From: Pseudomonadota bacterium
Lineage (GTDB): Bacteria > Pseudomonadota > Gammaproteobacteria > Steroidobacterales > Rariloculaceae
Assembly (NCBI GenBank): GCA_036337035.1
Contig: JAYZFC010000007.1
Location: 41,438 to 105,437, forward strand
Length of the DNA stretch: 64,000 nucleotides
Direction: 5' to 3'
Positions 1-11,548 of the stretch are shown here, one piece after another. Both the position numbers and the translations under genes were made by a program. Positions within the stretch are counted from its first letter, which is position 1, and every line of letters starts with the position of its first letter. The notes beneath the pieces were generated by a model. It searched no databases. It was not told the origin of the DNA and saw nothing but the letters and a program-made list of their open reading frames with translations.

Positions 1-2
1 TA

Positions 3-3000
3 GGACAGTATGCAGCTGGAAATATTTTTTTACCAAAAGAAAAAAAAGTAAGAGATAGATGCAAAAGTATTTTTGAGAAAATTTGTAAAGATCAAAAACA
101 AAAAGTTCTTGGTTGGAGGAGAGTGCCAGTAGATCCCATAGCATCTGATTTAGGAAAAACAGCAAGAGAGGCAGCACCAGTTATAGAACAAGTTTTTATC
201 TCTTCTAGTAATGGTAACGATAAAGAGAAGTTTGAGAGACAGCTATACCTTATAAGGAAGTATTCAAGCTCTTCCATTAAAGCTGATAGTTCAATTGATC
301 AATTACAGTTATTTTATATTTGTAGTCTATCTACAAAAGTAATTATTTATAAGGGTATGTTAATTCCTGAGCAGATATTAAATTTCTATAAAGATTTAAG
401 AGACCCTTTGTATAAGTCCCATTTGGCTATGGTTCACTCAAGGTTTTCAACAAATACTTTTCCTAGTTGGGATAGGGCTCAGCCTTTTCGCTTTATGTCA
501 CATAACGGTGAGATAAATACCTTAAGGGGAAATGTTAACTTAATGTCTGCTCGAGAAGGTGTAGCATCTAGTAAATTATTAGGCAAATCTTTAGAAAAGG
601 TTTTTCCTGTTGTTGAACCAGATGTTTCAGATTCAGGAGCTTTTGATAATGTCTTAGAATTCTTATTAATGAATGGCAGAACTCTTCAAGAATCTATTAC
701 TATGATGATTCCAGAGGCTTGGCAAAAAAATAAATTGATGGATAAGAATAGAAGAGCATTCTATGAATATCTATCCTGCCTTATGGAACCTTGGGATGGT
801 CCAGCTTCTATTGCGTTTACTGATGGGAAGTATATTGGTGCGGTACTTGATAGAAATGGATTAAGACCTAGTAGATATTATTTGACTCATGATGATCGGG
901 TTATTATGGCAAGTGAGGTTGGAGTGATACCAGTTGATCCTTCAATTGTTAAGGCTAAGGGAAGATTAGAACCTGGAAAAATGTTCTTAATAGATTTTGA
1001 AAAAGGCAGGTTAGTTCCTGATAAGGAACTTAAGTCTGAGTTTTCAAGTAGGCATCCTTTTAGTAATTGGATTGATTCTAATAGAATAACTTTAGATGAT
1101 ATTTCCTTAAAAAAAACAACTAATTCTTTTTTAGATAAAGATTTTCTTGTATCTAGCATGAAGGCGTTTGGATATACAAAAGAAACTATGCAATTTATGC
1201 TTTTACCATTGATTAGAGATTTAAGGGATCCAGTTGGTTCCATGGGAAACGATTCTTCTCTTGCTTGTTTAAGTGATAGACCTAGGATGCTCTATGATTA
1301 TTTTAAACAGCTATTTGCTCAAGTAACAAACCCTCCTATTGATTCAATAAGAGAGGAAATAGTTATGTCGTTAGAATGCTATATAGGGCCCGAAGGTAAT
1401 TTATTAGATTCTACTGAAGAGCATTGTCAGAGATTAAAATTACCACAGCCAATTTTATCTAATCATGAAATGGAATCTTTGATAAAAATAGACTATAGAG
1501 GTTGGAAATCAAGGGTTATAGACATTACTTATTCTAGCAGTGGTGGAAGCACTTCTTCATACATTTCTGCTTTAGATAGGATATGTAAGGAGGCAGAAGA
1601 GGCAATAGATCAAGATTATAAAATAATTATTTTATCTGATAGATTAATTTCTAAGGATAGGATTTCACTAAGTAGTTTAGCAGCTTGTGGTGCGGTCCAT
1701 CACCATTTGGTTAAGAAAGCAAAAAGGACAAGAATAGGTATGGTCCTTGAAACTGGAGAGGCCAGAGAGGTCCATCATCACTGCCTTTTGATTGGTTATG
1801 GAGCTGATGCTATCAACCCTTATATAGCTTTTGAATCATTAAATTTAGCTAAAGAAGAGGGATTGGTTGATGAAAGTACTCATCCTGATTATCAAAGTCT
1901 TGTTTCTTCCTATATTAAAGGAGTGAACAAGGGAATGTTAAAAGTTATGGCTAAAATGGGTATATCAACACTTCAGTCATATAAGGGTGCACAGATATTT
2001 GAGGCGCTAGGATTAGCTGATGATGTTGTAGAGCGTTGTTTTACTGGCACTGCATCTCGTCTTCAAGGCGTTAATTTTTCTATATTAGAAAAAGAATCAT
2101 TAAGAAGACATCAATTAGGATTTTCTATTACTTCTGAAGCTAGTTTATCAAAGCTGCCAAATCCGGGCGAGTTCCATTGGAGAAGTGCAGGAGAGAAACA
2201 TTCATGGAATCCAACTGTTATTTCATCGCTTCAAGCGGCAGCCAAAACAGGTAGTAAGGATTCTTATAAAACCTTTTCAGATATGTCAAATGATGAAAAT
2301 AAGTCTAACTGTACTCTTAGGGGTTTGTTGAGATTTAAGAAAGACGTTCGTTCATCTATTCGATTAGATCAGGTAGAGCCAGCAGCTGAGATAGTAAAGC
2401 GTTTTTGTACAGGAGCAATGAGTTTTGGGTCTATTTCTTCAGAATCACACGAGTCTTTAGCGATAGCAATGAATAGGCTTGGAGGAAAAAGCAATACCGG
2501 AGAAGGTGGAGAAGATCCTGACCGATTTAAGGAAATGCCTTCGGGTGACTCAAGACGATCATCTATAAAGCAAATCGCTTCTGGAAGGTTTGGAGTTACT
2601 GCCTGGTACTTAACCAACGCTGACGAATTACAAATTAAAATGGCTCAAGGAGCAAAACCTGGTGAAGGCGGAGAATTACCAGGAAGAAAGGTAGATGAAG
2701 TAATTGCAAAGATTAGATATTCTACACCTGGTGTTGGTTTAATAAGCCCACCCCCGCATCATGATATTTATTCTATAGAAGATCTTGCCCAACTTATTCA
2801 CGATTTAAAAAATTCTAATCCTAAAGCAAGGATAAGTGTTAAGTTAGTTTCAGAAGTGGGAGTTGGCACAATTGCCGCTGGTGTTGCCAAAGCACATGCA
2901 GATCATATATTAATATCTGGAGACTCGGGAGGAACGGGAGCTTCTCCTCTGACAAGTATAAAGCATGCGGGATTGCCTTTAGAACTTGGTATAGCAGAAA

Positions 3001-4325
3001 CTCATCAGACATTAGTTTTAAACAAATTGAGAAGTAGAGTTGTTCTTCAGACAGATGGTGGCCTTAAAACAGGAAGAGATGTAGTTATAGCGGCAATGCT
3101 TGGAGCTGAAGAGATGGGCTTTTCAACCGGACCTTTAATTACTCTTGGTTGCATAATGATGCGTAAATGTCATTTAAATACCTGCCCAGTTGGTATAGCA
3201 ACACAAGATCCAGTTTTAAGAAAAAAGTTTTCTGGTAAGCCTGAATATGTAGTTAATTATTTATTTATGGTAGCTGAAGAGGCTAGAGAAATTATGGCAG
3301 ATTTAGGTATTTCTAATATAAATGATCTTATAGGTAGGACAGACTTGCTAGAGTCTAGAGATGCCATTGATCACTGGAAGTCAGATGGATTAGATCTTAC
3401 ACCAATTTTAGAGCCTACAAATAGTTCTAATAGAGAAGATAATTATTGTACAGTTAAACAAGAACATGGATTAGAAAAAGCAATTGATAATAAGCTAATT
3501 GAATTATCCCAGCCTGCTATCCATCATGGAAGTAAAGTAACACTAGAGATGCCCATTGTTAATACTAATAGAGCAGTTGGTACTATGTTGAGCCACTATG
3601 TTGTAAAAACTTGGGGCGAAAGATCTCTTCCAATAAATACAATTAATATTAAGTTTAATGGATCTGCAGGACAAAGTTTTGGAGCATTTTTAGCTAGGGG
3701 CATTACTTTAGAGTTAGAAGGTGATAGCAATGATTATGTAGGTAAGGGTCTTTCAGGAGGCAGAGTTATTATTTACCCACCAGAAGAAAGTTCATTTGTA
3801 GCCGAAGACAATATATTAATTGGTAATGTTGCTCTTTATGGTGCTACTGCAGGAAGAGCTTTTTTTAGAGGAGTCGCAGCTGAAAGATTCTGTGTTAGAA
3901 ATAGCGGTGCTAAAGCTGTAGTTGAAGGTGTAGGTGATCATGGTTGTGAGTATATGACTGGAGGGAGAGCAGTAATACTTGGCCCCACTGGTCGAAACTT
4001 TGCTGCAGGAATGTCGGGTGGTATCGCGTATGTTTGGGACATTGATGGAAAATTCAAATCTAAATGTAATTTAAATACAGTTGATTTAGATCCTGTTGAG
4101 GATGAAAATGATCTAATAGAACTAAGAGAGCTGGTTGAGATGCATAAGCAACTTACTAATTCTGCTCAAGCAGAGAAAGTTTTAGATTTATGGCCAGATG
4201 TGCTTTCAGAATTTGTTAAAGTTATGCCTACTGATTATAAAAGGGTTCTTGCTGAAAGAAAGAAGCATGATGAAGAAACTGAGGTTTATATAGATGCTAA
4301 AACTCATTCTCCAGTAGGTATTTAG
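3..4325 (+). CDS. gltB: Glutamate synthase large subunit, 5'-truncated by the window edge
   Basis: Frame 3 is open from base 3 ([11 protein letters not shown]...) into the listed 1400-aa ORF. Class-II amidotransferase region ([18 protein letters not shown]), FMN/Fe-S region ([13 protein letters not shown]) and C-terminal GXGXG-type domain; gltD follows 8 nt later. Confidence 0.97.
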   Translation, partial: GQYAAGNIFLPKEKKVRDRCKSIFEKICKDQKQKVLGWRRVPVDPIASDLGKTAREAAPVIEQVFISSSNGNDKEKFERQLYLIRKYSSSSIKADSSIDQLQLFYICSLSTKVIIYKGMLIPEQILNFYKDLRDPLYKSHLAMVHSRFSTNTFPSWDRAQPFRFMSHNGEINTLRGNVNLMSAREGVASSKLLGKSLEKVFPVVEPDVSDSGAFDNVLEFLLMNGRTLQESITMMIPEAWQKNKLMDKNRRAFYEYLSCLMEPWDGPASIAFTDGKYIGAVLDRNGLRPSRYYLTHDDRVIMASEVGVIPVDPSIVKAKGRLEPGKMFLIDFEKGRLVPDKELKSEFSSRHPFSNWIDSNRITLDDISLKKTTNSFLDKDFLVSSMKAFGYTKETMQFMLLPLIRDLRDPVGSMGNDSSLACLSDRPRMLYDYFKQLFAQVTNPPIDSIREEIVMSLECYIGPEGNLLDSTEEHCQRLKLPQPILSNHEMESLIKIDYRGWKSRVIDITYSSSGGSTSSYISALDRICKEAEEAIDQDYKIIILSDRLISKDRISLSSLAACGAVHHHLVKKAKRTRIGMVLETGEAREVHHHCLLIGYGADAINPYIAFESLNLAKEEGLVDESTHPDYQSLVSSYIKGVNKGMLKVMAKMGISTLQSYKGAQIFEALGLADDVVERCFTGTASRLQGVNFSILEKESLRRHQLGFSITSEASLSKLPNPGEFHWRSAGEKHSWNPTVISSLQAAAKTGSKDSYKTFSDMSNDENKSNCTLRGLLRFKKDVRSSIRLDQVEPAAEIVKRFCTGAMSFGSISSESHESLAIAMNRLGGKSNTGEGGEDPDRFKEMPSGDSRRSSIKQIASGRFGVTAWYLTNADELQIKMAQGAKPGEGGELPGRKVDEVIAKIRYSTPGVGLISPPPHHDIYSIEDLAQLIHDLKNSNPKARISVKLVSEVGVGTIAAGVAKAHADHILISGDSGGTGASPLTSIKHAGLPLELGIAETHQTLVLNKLRSRVVLQTDGGLKTGRDVVIAAMLGAEEMGFSTGPLITLGCIMMRKCHLNTCPVGIATQDPVLRKKFSGKPEYVVNYLFMVAEEAREIMADLGISNINDLIGRTDLLESRDAIDHWKSDGLDLTPILEPTNSSNREDNYCTVKQEHGLEKAIDNKLIELSQPAIHHGSKVTLEMPIVNTNRAVGTMLSHYVVKTWGERSLPINTINIKFNGSAGQSFGAFLARGITLELEGDSNDYVGKGLSGGRVIIYPPEESSFVAEDNILIGNVALYGATAGRAFFRGVAAERFCVRNSGAKAVVEGVGDHGCEYMTGGRAVILGPTGRNFAAGMSGGIAYVWDIDGKFKSKCNLNTVDLDPVEDENDLIELRELVEMHKQLTNSAQAEKVLDLWPDVLSEFVKVMPTDYKRVLAERKKHDEETEVYIDAKTHSPVGI

Positions 4326-4333
4326 GATACAAC

Positions 4334-5821
4334 ATGGGAAAACCAACAGGCTTTAAAGAATATACAAGAAAAGTTGTTCCATATAGGGATCCACTAGAAC
4401 GTTTAGAGGATTTTAAAGAGATTTATACGAATCCTATTGAGAAAAACCTTAAGCGACAAGGGGCTAGATGCATGGATTGTGGAGTACCTTTTTGTCAATC
4501 CCACAATGGGTGCCCTATTGATAATCTGATTCCTGAATGGAATGATTTAGTTTACAAAGGTAGATGGCGAGAGGCTCTAGATAGGCTCCATAAAACTAAT
4601 AATTTTCCAGAATTTACTGGCAGAACATGTCCTGCTCCTTGCGAAGGTTCTTGTGTTTTGGGTATAACAGATCCTGCAGTTACTATTAAAAATATAGAAA
4701 ATGCAATAGTTGATAGAGGATTTGAAGAAGGGTGGATTACTCCTGTAAAACCTAAAGTCAAATCTGGTAAAAAGGTAGCAGTAGTTGGATCAGGACCATG
4801 TGGTCTTGCAGCTGCAGATCAGCTTAATAGTGCTGGACATTCTGTAGAAGTTTATGAAAGAGAGGATAGGGTTGGCGGATTATTGATGTACGGTATTCCA
4901 AATATGAAATTAGATAAGAATATTGTAGAAAGAAGAATTGAGATTTTAAGCAAATCAGGAATTATATTCCATACAAATTCTGATATAGGAAGAACTGTAG
5001 ATCCAAAAAAAATATTTAACAACTATGATGCTGTTCTTCTGGCTACTGGGTCAACAAGACCAAGAGATCTTTCTGTACCAGGTAGAAACTTAAAAGGTAT
5101 TCACTTTGCTATGGATTTCCTTACTGCTAATACCAAAAGCCTGATAAATAGCAACCTTAAAGATAAAAAATTTATAAGTGCAAAAGATAAGAAGGTTATT
5201 GTTATAGGAGGTGGAGATACTGGAGCTGATTGCATAGGCACCGCTTTAAGACATGGATGCAAAAGTATCATTAATTTAGAATTACTAGATAAACCTCCTG
5301 TATCTAGAGCTCCAGATAATCCATGGCCTCTATGGCCAAATATTTTTAGGGTAGACTATTCTCATGAAGAAACTATGGCAAGATTTAATTATGAACCAAG
5401 AAATTATAGCGTGGTTACAAAAAAATTTATTGGGGATGAAGATGGTAATTTAAAAGCTATACAAATAGCTTCTGTTAAGTGGTCTTATAAAGATGGGAAG
5501 TTTAGCATGTCTGAAATTAAAGGTACTGAGAAAGAGATAGAGGCAGATTTAATTTTTTTATCAATGGGTTTTTTAGGGCCAGAGACATATCTATCGGATA
5601 AGCTAGGTATTAAGTATGATGAAAGAGCTAATTATAAATCTGAGCATGGTGAATATAATTCTAATATTCCAGGCTTATTTATTGCTGGAGATTGCAGGAG
5701 AGGTCAATCTCTAGTGGTATGGGCTATTAATGAGGGTAGGGGAGCCGCTAGATCTATTGATAATTTCTTAATGGGATCTTCTTATTTACCTGCACCTGGC
5801 GTAAGCATGGGCCTAGAATAG
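4334..5821 (+). CDS. gltD: Glutamate synthase small (NADPH) subunit
   Basis: 495 aa. N-terminal Cys clusters ([18 protein letters not shown]) and two dinucleotide folds ([16 protein letters not shown]); immediately downstream of gltB. Confidence 0.96.
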   Translation: MGKPTGFKEYTRKVVPYRDPLERLEDFKEIYTNPIEKNLKRQGARCMDCGVPFCQSHNGCPIDNLIPEWNDLVYKGRWREALDRLHKTNNFPEFTGRTCPAPCEGSCVLGITDPAVTIKNIENAIVDRGFEEGWITPVKPKVKSGKKVAVVGSGPCGLAAADQLNSAGHSVEVYEREDRVGGLLMYGIPNMKLDKNIVERRIEILSKSGIIFHTNSDIGRTVDPKKIFNNYDAVLLATGSTRPRDLSVPGRNLKGIHFAMDFLTANTKSLINSNLKDKKFISAKDKKVIVIGGGDTGADCIGTALRHGCKSIINLELLDKPPVSRAPDNPWPLWPNIFRVDYSHEETMARFNYEPRNYSVVTKKFIGDEDGNLKAIQIASVKWSYKDGKFSMSEIKGTEKEIEADLIFLSMGFLGPETYLSDKLGIKYDERANYKSEHGEYNSNIPGLFIAGDCRRGQSLVVWAINEGRGAARSIDNFLMGSSYLPAPGVSMGLE

Positions 5822-5836
5822 TTTTAGGTAATACCT

Positions 5837-6394
5837 ATGTATAAGTATCATTTTGAAAATGGTAATTCTATTGTAGCTCCATATCCAAAAAATTCTGCTT
5901 TAGCCTTGTTTGGTCTTGGGTGTTTTTGGGGTCCAGAAAAGACCTTTTGGGAGTTGCCTGGAGTTCATTCAACAGCAGTAGGGTATTCTGGTGGGAGTTC
6001 GAGTAATCCCACTTACCATGAAGTCTGTTCAGAATTAACAGGACACGCAGAGGTTGTTTTAGTAATTTTTCTACCTTCTAGGATTTCTTATGAAGAGTTA
6101 TTGAAAGTTTTTTGGGAATCTCATGATCCTACTCAGGGAATGAAGCAAGGAGCTGATATTGGTACTCAGTACAGATCAATTATCATTACATATAGCAATG
6201 AACAATATGATCTAGCGATTCAGTCAAAAATTAAATATTCTAGGCTTCTAAAAAAATCAGGTTGTGGTGAAATAACTACCGAGATTACTAACTATATTAA
6301 TTTTTACTATGCCGAGGATTACCATCAGCAGTACCTTTCTAAAAATCCTAATGGGTATTGCTCTATGTCTGGAACTGGTATTTCTTATTTATAG
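5837..6394 (+). CDS. msrA: Peptide methionine-S-sulfoxide reductase
   Basis: 185 aa with the GLGCFWGPE active-site motif. Confidence 0.95.
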   Translation: MYKYHFENGNSIVAPYPKNSALALFGLGCFWGPEKTFWELPGVHSTAVGYSGGSSSNPTYHEVCSELTGHAEVVLVIFLPSRISYEELLKVFWESHDPTQGMKQGADIGTQYRSIIITYSNEQYDLAIQSKIKYSRLLKKSGCGEITTEITNYINFYYAEDYHQQYLSKNPNGYCSMSGTGISYL

Positions 6395-6403
6395 AAAGGA
6401 ACT

Positions 6404-7258
6404 TCATGCCATCAGATTTTTAAGTTTTTTTAGAGCATTTGATTCAATTTGTCTAATTCTTTCAGCTGATATATTATATTCATCTGCAAGATCATGAAGA
6501 GTATCTTTGCTATTTTTGAGCCATCGCCTTGCAACAATATCTTTACTTCTTTCATCTAATTTATCTAGTGCTTTATCTAATTTGTTAGATGAATATTTGT
6601 ATGAATCTTCAGTTTCTATCAATTCAGCTGGGTCTGAGTTATCACTTGGAATCATTAAAGAAGGAGAGACTTCATCTTCACCTAGCGGAGAAGGGTCAAA
6701 AGAGACATCATGTGCAGAAAGTCTCTTTTCCATTTCACTTACCTCTTTTTCAGTAACTCCTAAATCTTTAGCAATTGATTTTGTTTCATCATTAGATAAC
6801 CATCCTAGGCTACTTTTCGCTTTTCTTAGATTAAAGAAGAGCTTCCTCTGAGCTTTTGTGGTAGCTACTTTAACAAGTTTCCAGTTTTTTAAAACATATT
6901 CATGAATTTCTGCTCTAATCCAGTGAACAGCGAATGCAACAAGACGAACTCCTACATTTGGATCAAATCTTTTAACTGCCTTCATTAAACCAACATTTCC
7001 TTCTTGAATTAAATCTCCAATAGGAAGTCCATAACCCGAATAACCCTTCGCAATATGGACAACAAATCTAAGGTGAGAAAGGACAAGCTTTTGAGCTGCT
7101 TCTAAATCATTCGAGTCTCTGAGCTTATTTGCTAATTGAAGTTCTTCTTCTTGGCTTAGAACTGGAATTCTTCCAGCCGCACTAAAATACTGATCCAGGC
7201 TTCCTATAGGAGCACTTAAAACAAGCTCTGCCTCTCTAACTGTAAGTGATTTTTCCAA
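6404..7258 (-). CDS. rpoH: RNA polymerase heat-shock sigma factor sigma-32
   Basis: 284 aa, near-collinear with E. coli RpoH as I recall it. Region 2 DLIQEGNVGLMKAVKRFDP and RpoH box QRKLFFNLRK. TTG start; the frame is closed by a TAA 7 codons upstream. Confidence 0.96.
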   Translation of the reverse strand: MEKSLTVREAELVLSAPIGSLDQYFSAAGRIPVLSQEEELQLANKLRDSNDLEAAQKLVLSHLRFVVHIAKGYSGYGLPIGDLIQEGNVGLMKAVKRFDPNVGVRLVAFAVHWIRAEIHEYVLKNWKLVKVATTKAQRKLFFNLRKAKSSLGWLSNDETKSIAKDLGVTEKEVSEMEKRLSAHDVSFDPSPLGEDEVSPSLMIPSDNSDPAELIETEDSYKYSSNKLDKALDKLDERSKDIVARRWLKNSKDTLHDLADEYNISAERIRQIESNALKKLKNLMA

Positions 7259-7293
7259 AACTATGTATCTCTTTGATTAGAATAGCTATTATT

Positions 7294-7320
7294 TTAGCAC
7301 TCTCAAGACTAGAGTGCTAA
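7294..7320. promoter_or_regulatory. CIRCE inverted repeat (HrcA operator) upstream of rpoH
   Basis: TTAGCACTC-tcaagacta-GAGTGCTAA is an 18/18 match to the TTAGCACTC-N9-GAGTGCTAA consensus. It lies 35 nt upstream of the rpoH start codon. Confidence 0.85.
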
Positions 7321-7484
7321 AAAAGAAGAGGTTGTATATTAGTCATTATATTTAGTTTATACAAATCAATTAGTTACGACAAACATAAACTGAATTTGAT
7401 TTTTCATTTAATGAAGAGAACCCGCAACTGAAGTTCAGTATACTTAACTTATTGATAGATTAGGGTTTAAGAACAATTTATTCT

Positions 7485-8066
7485 ATGTGGAAAAATAAAA
7501 ACAAAGTTAAGATAATTGGTGGGAAATGGAAATCAAGATTAATCTCATTTCCACTCATTAGGGATATTAGACCTACTCCAAATAGGGTTAGAGAGACACT
7601 TTTTAACTGGTTAAGAAATGACATTATTGACGCTCATTGTCTAGATGCTTTTGCTGGTAGTGGATCATTAGGATTTGAGTCTCTTTCTAGAGGTGCTAAT
7701 GAGGTTTGTTTTATAGATAAGGAAAGAGCTATAGTTAATTCAATTAAAGCCCAATTAGAATTATTTAATGTAAATAGCAAGACCATTTTGGGAGATGCCA
7801 AGAAAATTTTAGAACATCAATCTCCAGAGAAATTTAATATTATCTTTTTAGATCCTCCCTATAGTTATAAATTAAAACCAATACTTATGACATTGTCTAA
7901 ATGGCTTACAAATCCAGGATATGTTTATATAGAAAGGAAGGAAAATGATATGGATGAACTTATTTTTGATTATTATAGAAATAATTCTAATGACTATGAG
8001 TTAATAAAATCTGCTATATATGCAAAAGTTGAGTATGGGCTACTAAGGTATGATAAATCTACTTAG
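7485..8066 (+). CDS. rsmD: 16S rRNA (guanine966-N2)-methyltransferase
   Basis: 193 aa. SAM-binding LDAFAGSGSLGFE and the DPPY motif typical of RsmD/YhhF. Confidence 0.88.
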   Translation: MWKNKNKVKIIGGKWKSRLISFPLIRDIRPTPNRVRETLFNWLRNDIIDAHCLDAFAGSGSLGFESLSRGANEVCFIDKERAIVNSIKAQLELFNVNSKTILGDAKKILEHQSPEKFNIIFLDPPYSYKLKPILMTLSKWLTNPGYVYIERKENDMDELIFDYYRNNSNDYELIKSAIYAKVEYGLLRYDKST

Positions 8067-8106
8067 TGTTATAATATCTTAAATAATACAAATATTAATT
8101 TAAATT

Positions 8107-8601
8107 ATGAAAGAAAAAGCAATGTATCCAGGTAGTTTCGATCCTTTTACTAAAGGACATGAAGATATTGTTAGAAGAATTTCAAATTTTTTTAGTGAGG
8201 TTATTATTTCTGTAGTAGATAAGCCTAATAAAAAAATCTTATTTAGCACTAAAGAAAGGGTTGAAATGATAGAGAGTATTTTTGATGATCTTCCTAAGAT
8301 TAAAGTAATTTCTTACAAGGGTTTAACTGCTTCTTTTGCTAAAAATAATAATATTAGTGTAATGATAAGAGGCATTAGATCTATTTCTGATTATGAATAT
8401 GAATACGACTTGGCTGCATTAAATAAGCAGATTGCACCCAACATCGAAACAATTTTTTTATCTACATCTGAAAAGTATAAATCTATTTCATCATCCCATG
8501 TTAAGGAGTTGGCGCTTTTAGATGGGGATGTATCTAAATTTTTACATCCTACAGTGGCATCAAAGTTAGTAGAAAAATTAGGTCAAATAAATGAGAATTA
8601 A
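8107..8601 (+). CDS. coaD: Phosphopantetheine adenylyltransferase
   Basis: 164 aa. YPGSFDPFTKGH nucleotidyltransferase motif and ISSSHVKE near the C-terminus. Confidence 0.95.
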   Translation: MKEKAMYPGSFDPFTKGHEDIVRRISNFFSEVIISVVDKPNKKILFSTKERVEMIESIFDDLPKIKVISYKGLTASFAKNNNISVMIRGIRSISDYEYEYDLAALNKQIAPNIETIFLSTSEKYKSISSSHVKELALLDGDVSKFLHPTVASKLVEKLGQINEN

Positions 8602-10282
8602 AAAATTCTTTTTATTTTATTTTTCTCTACTAGCTTCATCAATATCACTATCTCTTGAGCATTACCCAGAAGAAGCTGCTATAGCTAGTGCACATTCCCT
8701 TGCTAGCGAGGCTGGGATAGAAATTTTAAAAAGAGGAGGGAATGCATTTGATGCAGCTATTGCTGTTAGTGCTGTTTTAAGTGTTGTGGAGCCATATGGA
8801 TCTGGTCTAGGAGGGGGTGGTTTTTTTCTCCTTCATAGATCTAAAGATAATTTACAAGTTATGATAGATGGGAGAGAGGTTGCTCCAATTAGTGCTACAA
8901 GGGATATGTATCTTGATGAAGATGGTAACCCCATCCCTAGAGCTTCAAGAGATGGACCTTTATCCTCTGGTATACCAGGTCTCCCGGCCTCATTAGAATA
9001 TATAGCCAATCATTATGGCAATCTTCCGCTTTCTGTTTCACTAGAACCAGCTATTAGACATGCTGAGAATGGCTTTCCAGCATATTCGACAATGCTAAAA
9101 CTTTTAGAAAGAAAAATTAATATTATGAATGAAGAAGCCAAAAGAATTTTTATGCCTAATGGTTCAATTCCGAGTGAAGGTGATTTAATTATTCAAAAAG
9201 ATTTGGCTAATACATTAAAAATTCTTGGAGAAGAAGGCTTTAGTGGTTTTTATAGAGGAGAAGTAGCGAAGAGGTTGGTTGAAGGGGTTAATTCAGCTTC
9301 AGGAATTTGGTCACTAGATGATTTAGCTTCTTATCAAATCAAGGAGAGAGAACCAATAATTGGTTATTTTCAAGGAATGCAAGTTATTGCTCCACCACCA
9401 CCTTCATCTGGAGGGATTGGCTTAATTAATATGTTAAATATCCTTTCAGGTTATCAGATAAATAATTTAGATTCTGTTTCTAGAATTCATCTTATTGTAG
9501 AAGCAATGAGAAGAGCTTATAGAGATAGAGCACAATATTTAGGAGATACAGATTTTGTTAATGTACCAATAGATAAGTTAATAGATAAACACTATGCATC
9601 TAGTCAAAGAGCTAGTATTAATATAAATAAATCAACACCTAGTAATTTATTACCAGGCATTTCACCTATTGATTATTCAACAGGAGATCAAACTAGTCAT
9701 TTTTCAATAATTGATAATGATGGCAATATAGTTTCTGCAACCCAGTCAATAAATTTTAGCTACGGTAGCGGATTTATACCTAAAGGAACTGGGGTGATTT
9801 TAAATAATGAAATGGATGATTTTTCTATAAAGTTGGGAACGCCAAATGGATATGAGTTGATTGGTAATGAAGCTAATGAGATAGCTCCTGGCAAGAGAAT
9901 GTTATCAAGCATGACTCCAACTATAATAATTGATGATAGAGGCTTAGCTGTTCTTGGTACTCCAGGAGGTAGTAGGATTATTACGATGGTGTTGCTATCT
10001 GCTTTAGCATGGAATCAAGGAGAATCAGCCGAGTCTATTACTTCACTTCCCCGTTTTCACCATCAATTTTTTCCTGATTTAATTCAATATGAGCCTGATG
10101 CATTTAGTGATGATGAAATTAAAGCACTAAAAGATAAGGGCCACTCTTTGAGGCCTCTAAATAGCAGTTACGGTAATATGCATGTAGTTACTTGGGATTT
10201 TGAGACTGGTGATTTGGATGCTTCATCAGACCCTAGAGGACACGGCGAGCCAAGGTTTTTAGAATCAGTTAATTTGGAATAA
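8591..10282 (+). CDS. ggt: Gamma-glutamyltranspeptidase (periplasmic)
   Basis: 563 aa. N-terminal signal peptide, autoprocessing/catalytic Thr region GDQTSHFSIID, and GGSRIIT near the C-terminus. Confidence 0.93.
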   Translation: MRIKKFFLFYFSLLASSISLSLEHYPEEAAIASAHSLASEAGIEILKRGGNAFDAAIAVSAVLSVVEPYGSGLGGGGFFLLHRSKDNLQVMIDGREVAPISATRDMYLDEDGNPIPRASRDGPLSSGIPGLPASLEYIANHYGNLPLSVSLEPAIRHAENGFPAYSTMLKLLERKINIMNEEAKRIFMPNGSIPSEGDLIIQKDLANTLKILGEEGFSGFYRGEVAKRLVEGVNSASGIWSLDDLASYQIKEREPIIGYFQGMQVIAPPPPSSGGIGLINMLNILSGYQINNLDSVSRIHLIVEAMRRAYRDRAQYLGDTDFVNVPIDKLIDKHYASSQRASININKSTPSNLLPGISPIDYSTGDQTSHFSIIDNDGNIVSATQSINFSYGSGFIPKGTGVILNNEMDDFSIKLGTPNGYELIGNEANEIAPGKRMLSSMTPTIIIDDRGLAVLGTPGGSRIITMVLLSALAWNQGESAESITSLPRFHHQFFPDLIQYEPDAFSDDEIKALKDKGHSLRPLNSSYGNMHVVTWDFETGDLDASSDPRGHGEPRFLESVNLE

Positions 10283-10523
10283 AATTTACTAAGAGGTGAA
10301 ATAAGAAACCACAAATAAAAGCAGTTAACATACAAAGAAATAAGTTAAAAGAAATAAATAATAACCGATGGATCAATTCATATTCTGTAACTCCACCGAA
10401 AGGTAAGTTTTTTTTCTTCTCAGTCTCCTTGCTTAATACACCCATTTCATAATAAAAATAAATACCATATAGGGTGATACCACAGGTAGAGCCGATAAAG
10501 AAAAATAGATTAGTTGTACTCAT
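10269..10523 (-). CDS. Hypothetical small membrane protein (two hydrophobic segments)
   Basis: 84-aa ORF with two predicted TM stretches filling the ggt/mutM gap; no recognisable family. Confidence 0.4.
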   Translation of the reverse strand: MSTTNLFFFIGSTCGITLYGIYFYYEMGVLSKETEKKKNLPFGGVTEYELIHRLLFISFNLFLCMLTAFICGFLFHLLVNFIPN

Positions 10524-10545
10524 GCATAGATTCTAGCAAGAAAAA

Positions 10546-11358
10546 TTATTTTTGGCACTTGTAGCAATAAAAACTCGATCTTTGCCCTAGGATTACCCTT
10601 TTAATTTTTGTATTACATTTAACACAAGGCTCATTTTCTCTATTGTAGACTACTAAAGATTGCTGGAAGTAACCCATTTTTCCATTACTATTGGTAAAGT
10701 CTCTTATACTAGAGCCTCCTAATTTAATAGCCTTTGATAAAATTGTTTTAATTTCTGTAATAAGCAGGACTAATTTTTTTTTGCTAATTTTGTGAGCAAT
10801 CTTCCTTGGATTAATGCCAGCATAAAAAAGAGACTCGCTAGCATAAATATTACCTACACCAACAACTACTTTATGATTCATTAATAATTGCTTTATAGTA
10901 GATTTGCTTTTTTTACATTTTTTCCACAGGAAATCTATATTAAATTCATCTGAAAGTGGCTCAACACCAAGATTTTTGATTAACCAGAAAGAATTTGGTT
11001 CTTTAGAGAAATGGATGCTCCCAAATCTTCTGGGGTCATTAAATGTAAGATATGAGCCAGAACAAAACCTAAATATCACATGGTCATGCTTCAATTTAAT
11101 TGAATGCTTACTTAAAAATTTTAAACTACCAGACATCCCTAGGTGAATGATTAAAGAGCCATTCTCAAGATTGATTAGAAGGTATTTTCCTCTCCTACTT
11201 AAGGAGAGAATTTTTTTATTCCTTAATACAGATTTTATATTTTTTTGAATAGGCCATCTAAGGTTTTCTTGATATATAAAAATATTATCAAAGATCTGAT
11301 TTATTAGGGAAGGCTCTAGACCTCTTTTGGTTATTTCTACTTCAGGTAGCTCAGGCAT
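10546..11358 (-). CDS. mutM: Formamidopyrimidine-DNA glycosylase
   Basis: 270 aa. N-terminal MPELPEVE catalytic motif and a C-terminal zinc finger (CVKC...CYKC). Confidence 0.95.
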   Translation of the reverse strand: MPELPEVEITKRGLEPSLINQIFDNIFIYQENLRWPIQKNIKSVLRNKKILSLSRRGKYLLINLENGSLIIHLGMSGSLKFLSKHSIKLKHDHVIFRFCSGSYLTFNDPRRFGSIHFSKEPNSFWLIKNLGVEPLSDEFNIDFLWKKCKKSKSTIKQLLMNHKVVVGVGNIYASESLFYAGINPRKIAHKISKKKLVLLITEIKTILSKAIKLGGSSIRDFTNSNGKMGYFQQSLVVYNRENEPCVKCNTKIKRVILGQRSSFYCYKCQK

Positions 11359-11376
11359 ATAGAGCTTAAATAGCTA

Positions 11377-11532
11377 CTACTTTATTTTTGTTTCTTTATA
11401 AAGAACATGCTTCCTTATCGTAGGATCATATTTTTTTGTCTCCATCTTATCAGGATGCAGCCTTTTGTTCTTTGTAGTTGTGTAGTAATGACCAGTATCA
11501 GCTGAAGACATCAATCTAATTTTCTCTCTCAT
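11377..11532 (-). CDS. rpmG: 50S ribosomal protein L33 (absent from the ORF track, below cutoff)
   Basis: Hand translation gives [51 protein letters not shown], collinear with E. coli L33. It lies just downstream of rpmB, as in the rpmBG operon. Confidence 0.93.
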   Translation of the reverse strand: MREKIRLMSSADTGHYYTTTKNKRLHPDKMETKKYDPTIRKHVLYKETKIK

Positions 11533-11548
11533 AGTAAATTCCTAATTA

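Noticed and set aside
6507-6851. 114-aa plus-strand ORF inside rpoH
   Set aside because: It is an antisense shadow ORF. rpoH on the minus strand is unambiguous, and the translation is Ser/Leu-rich and low-complexity.
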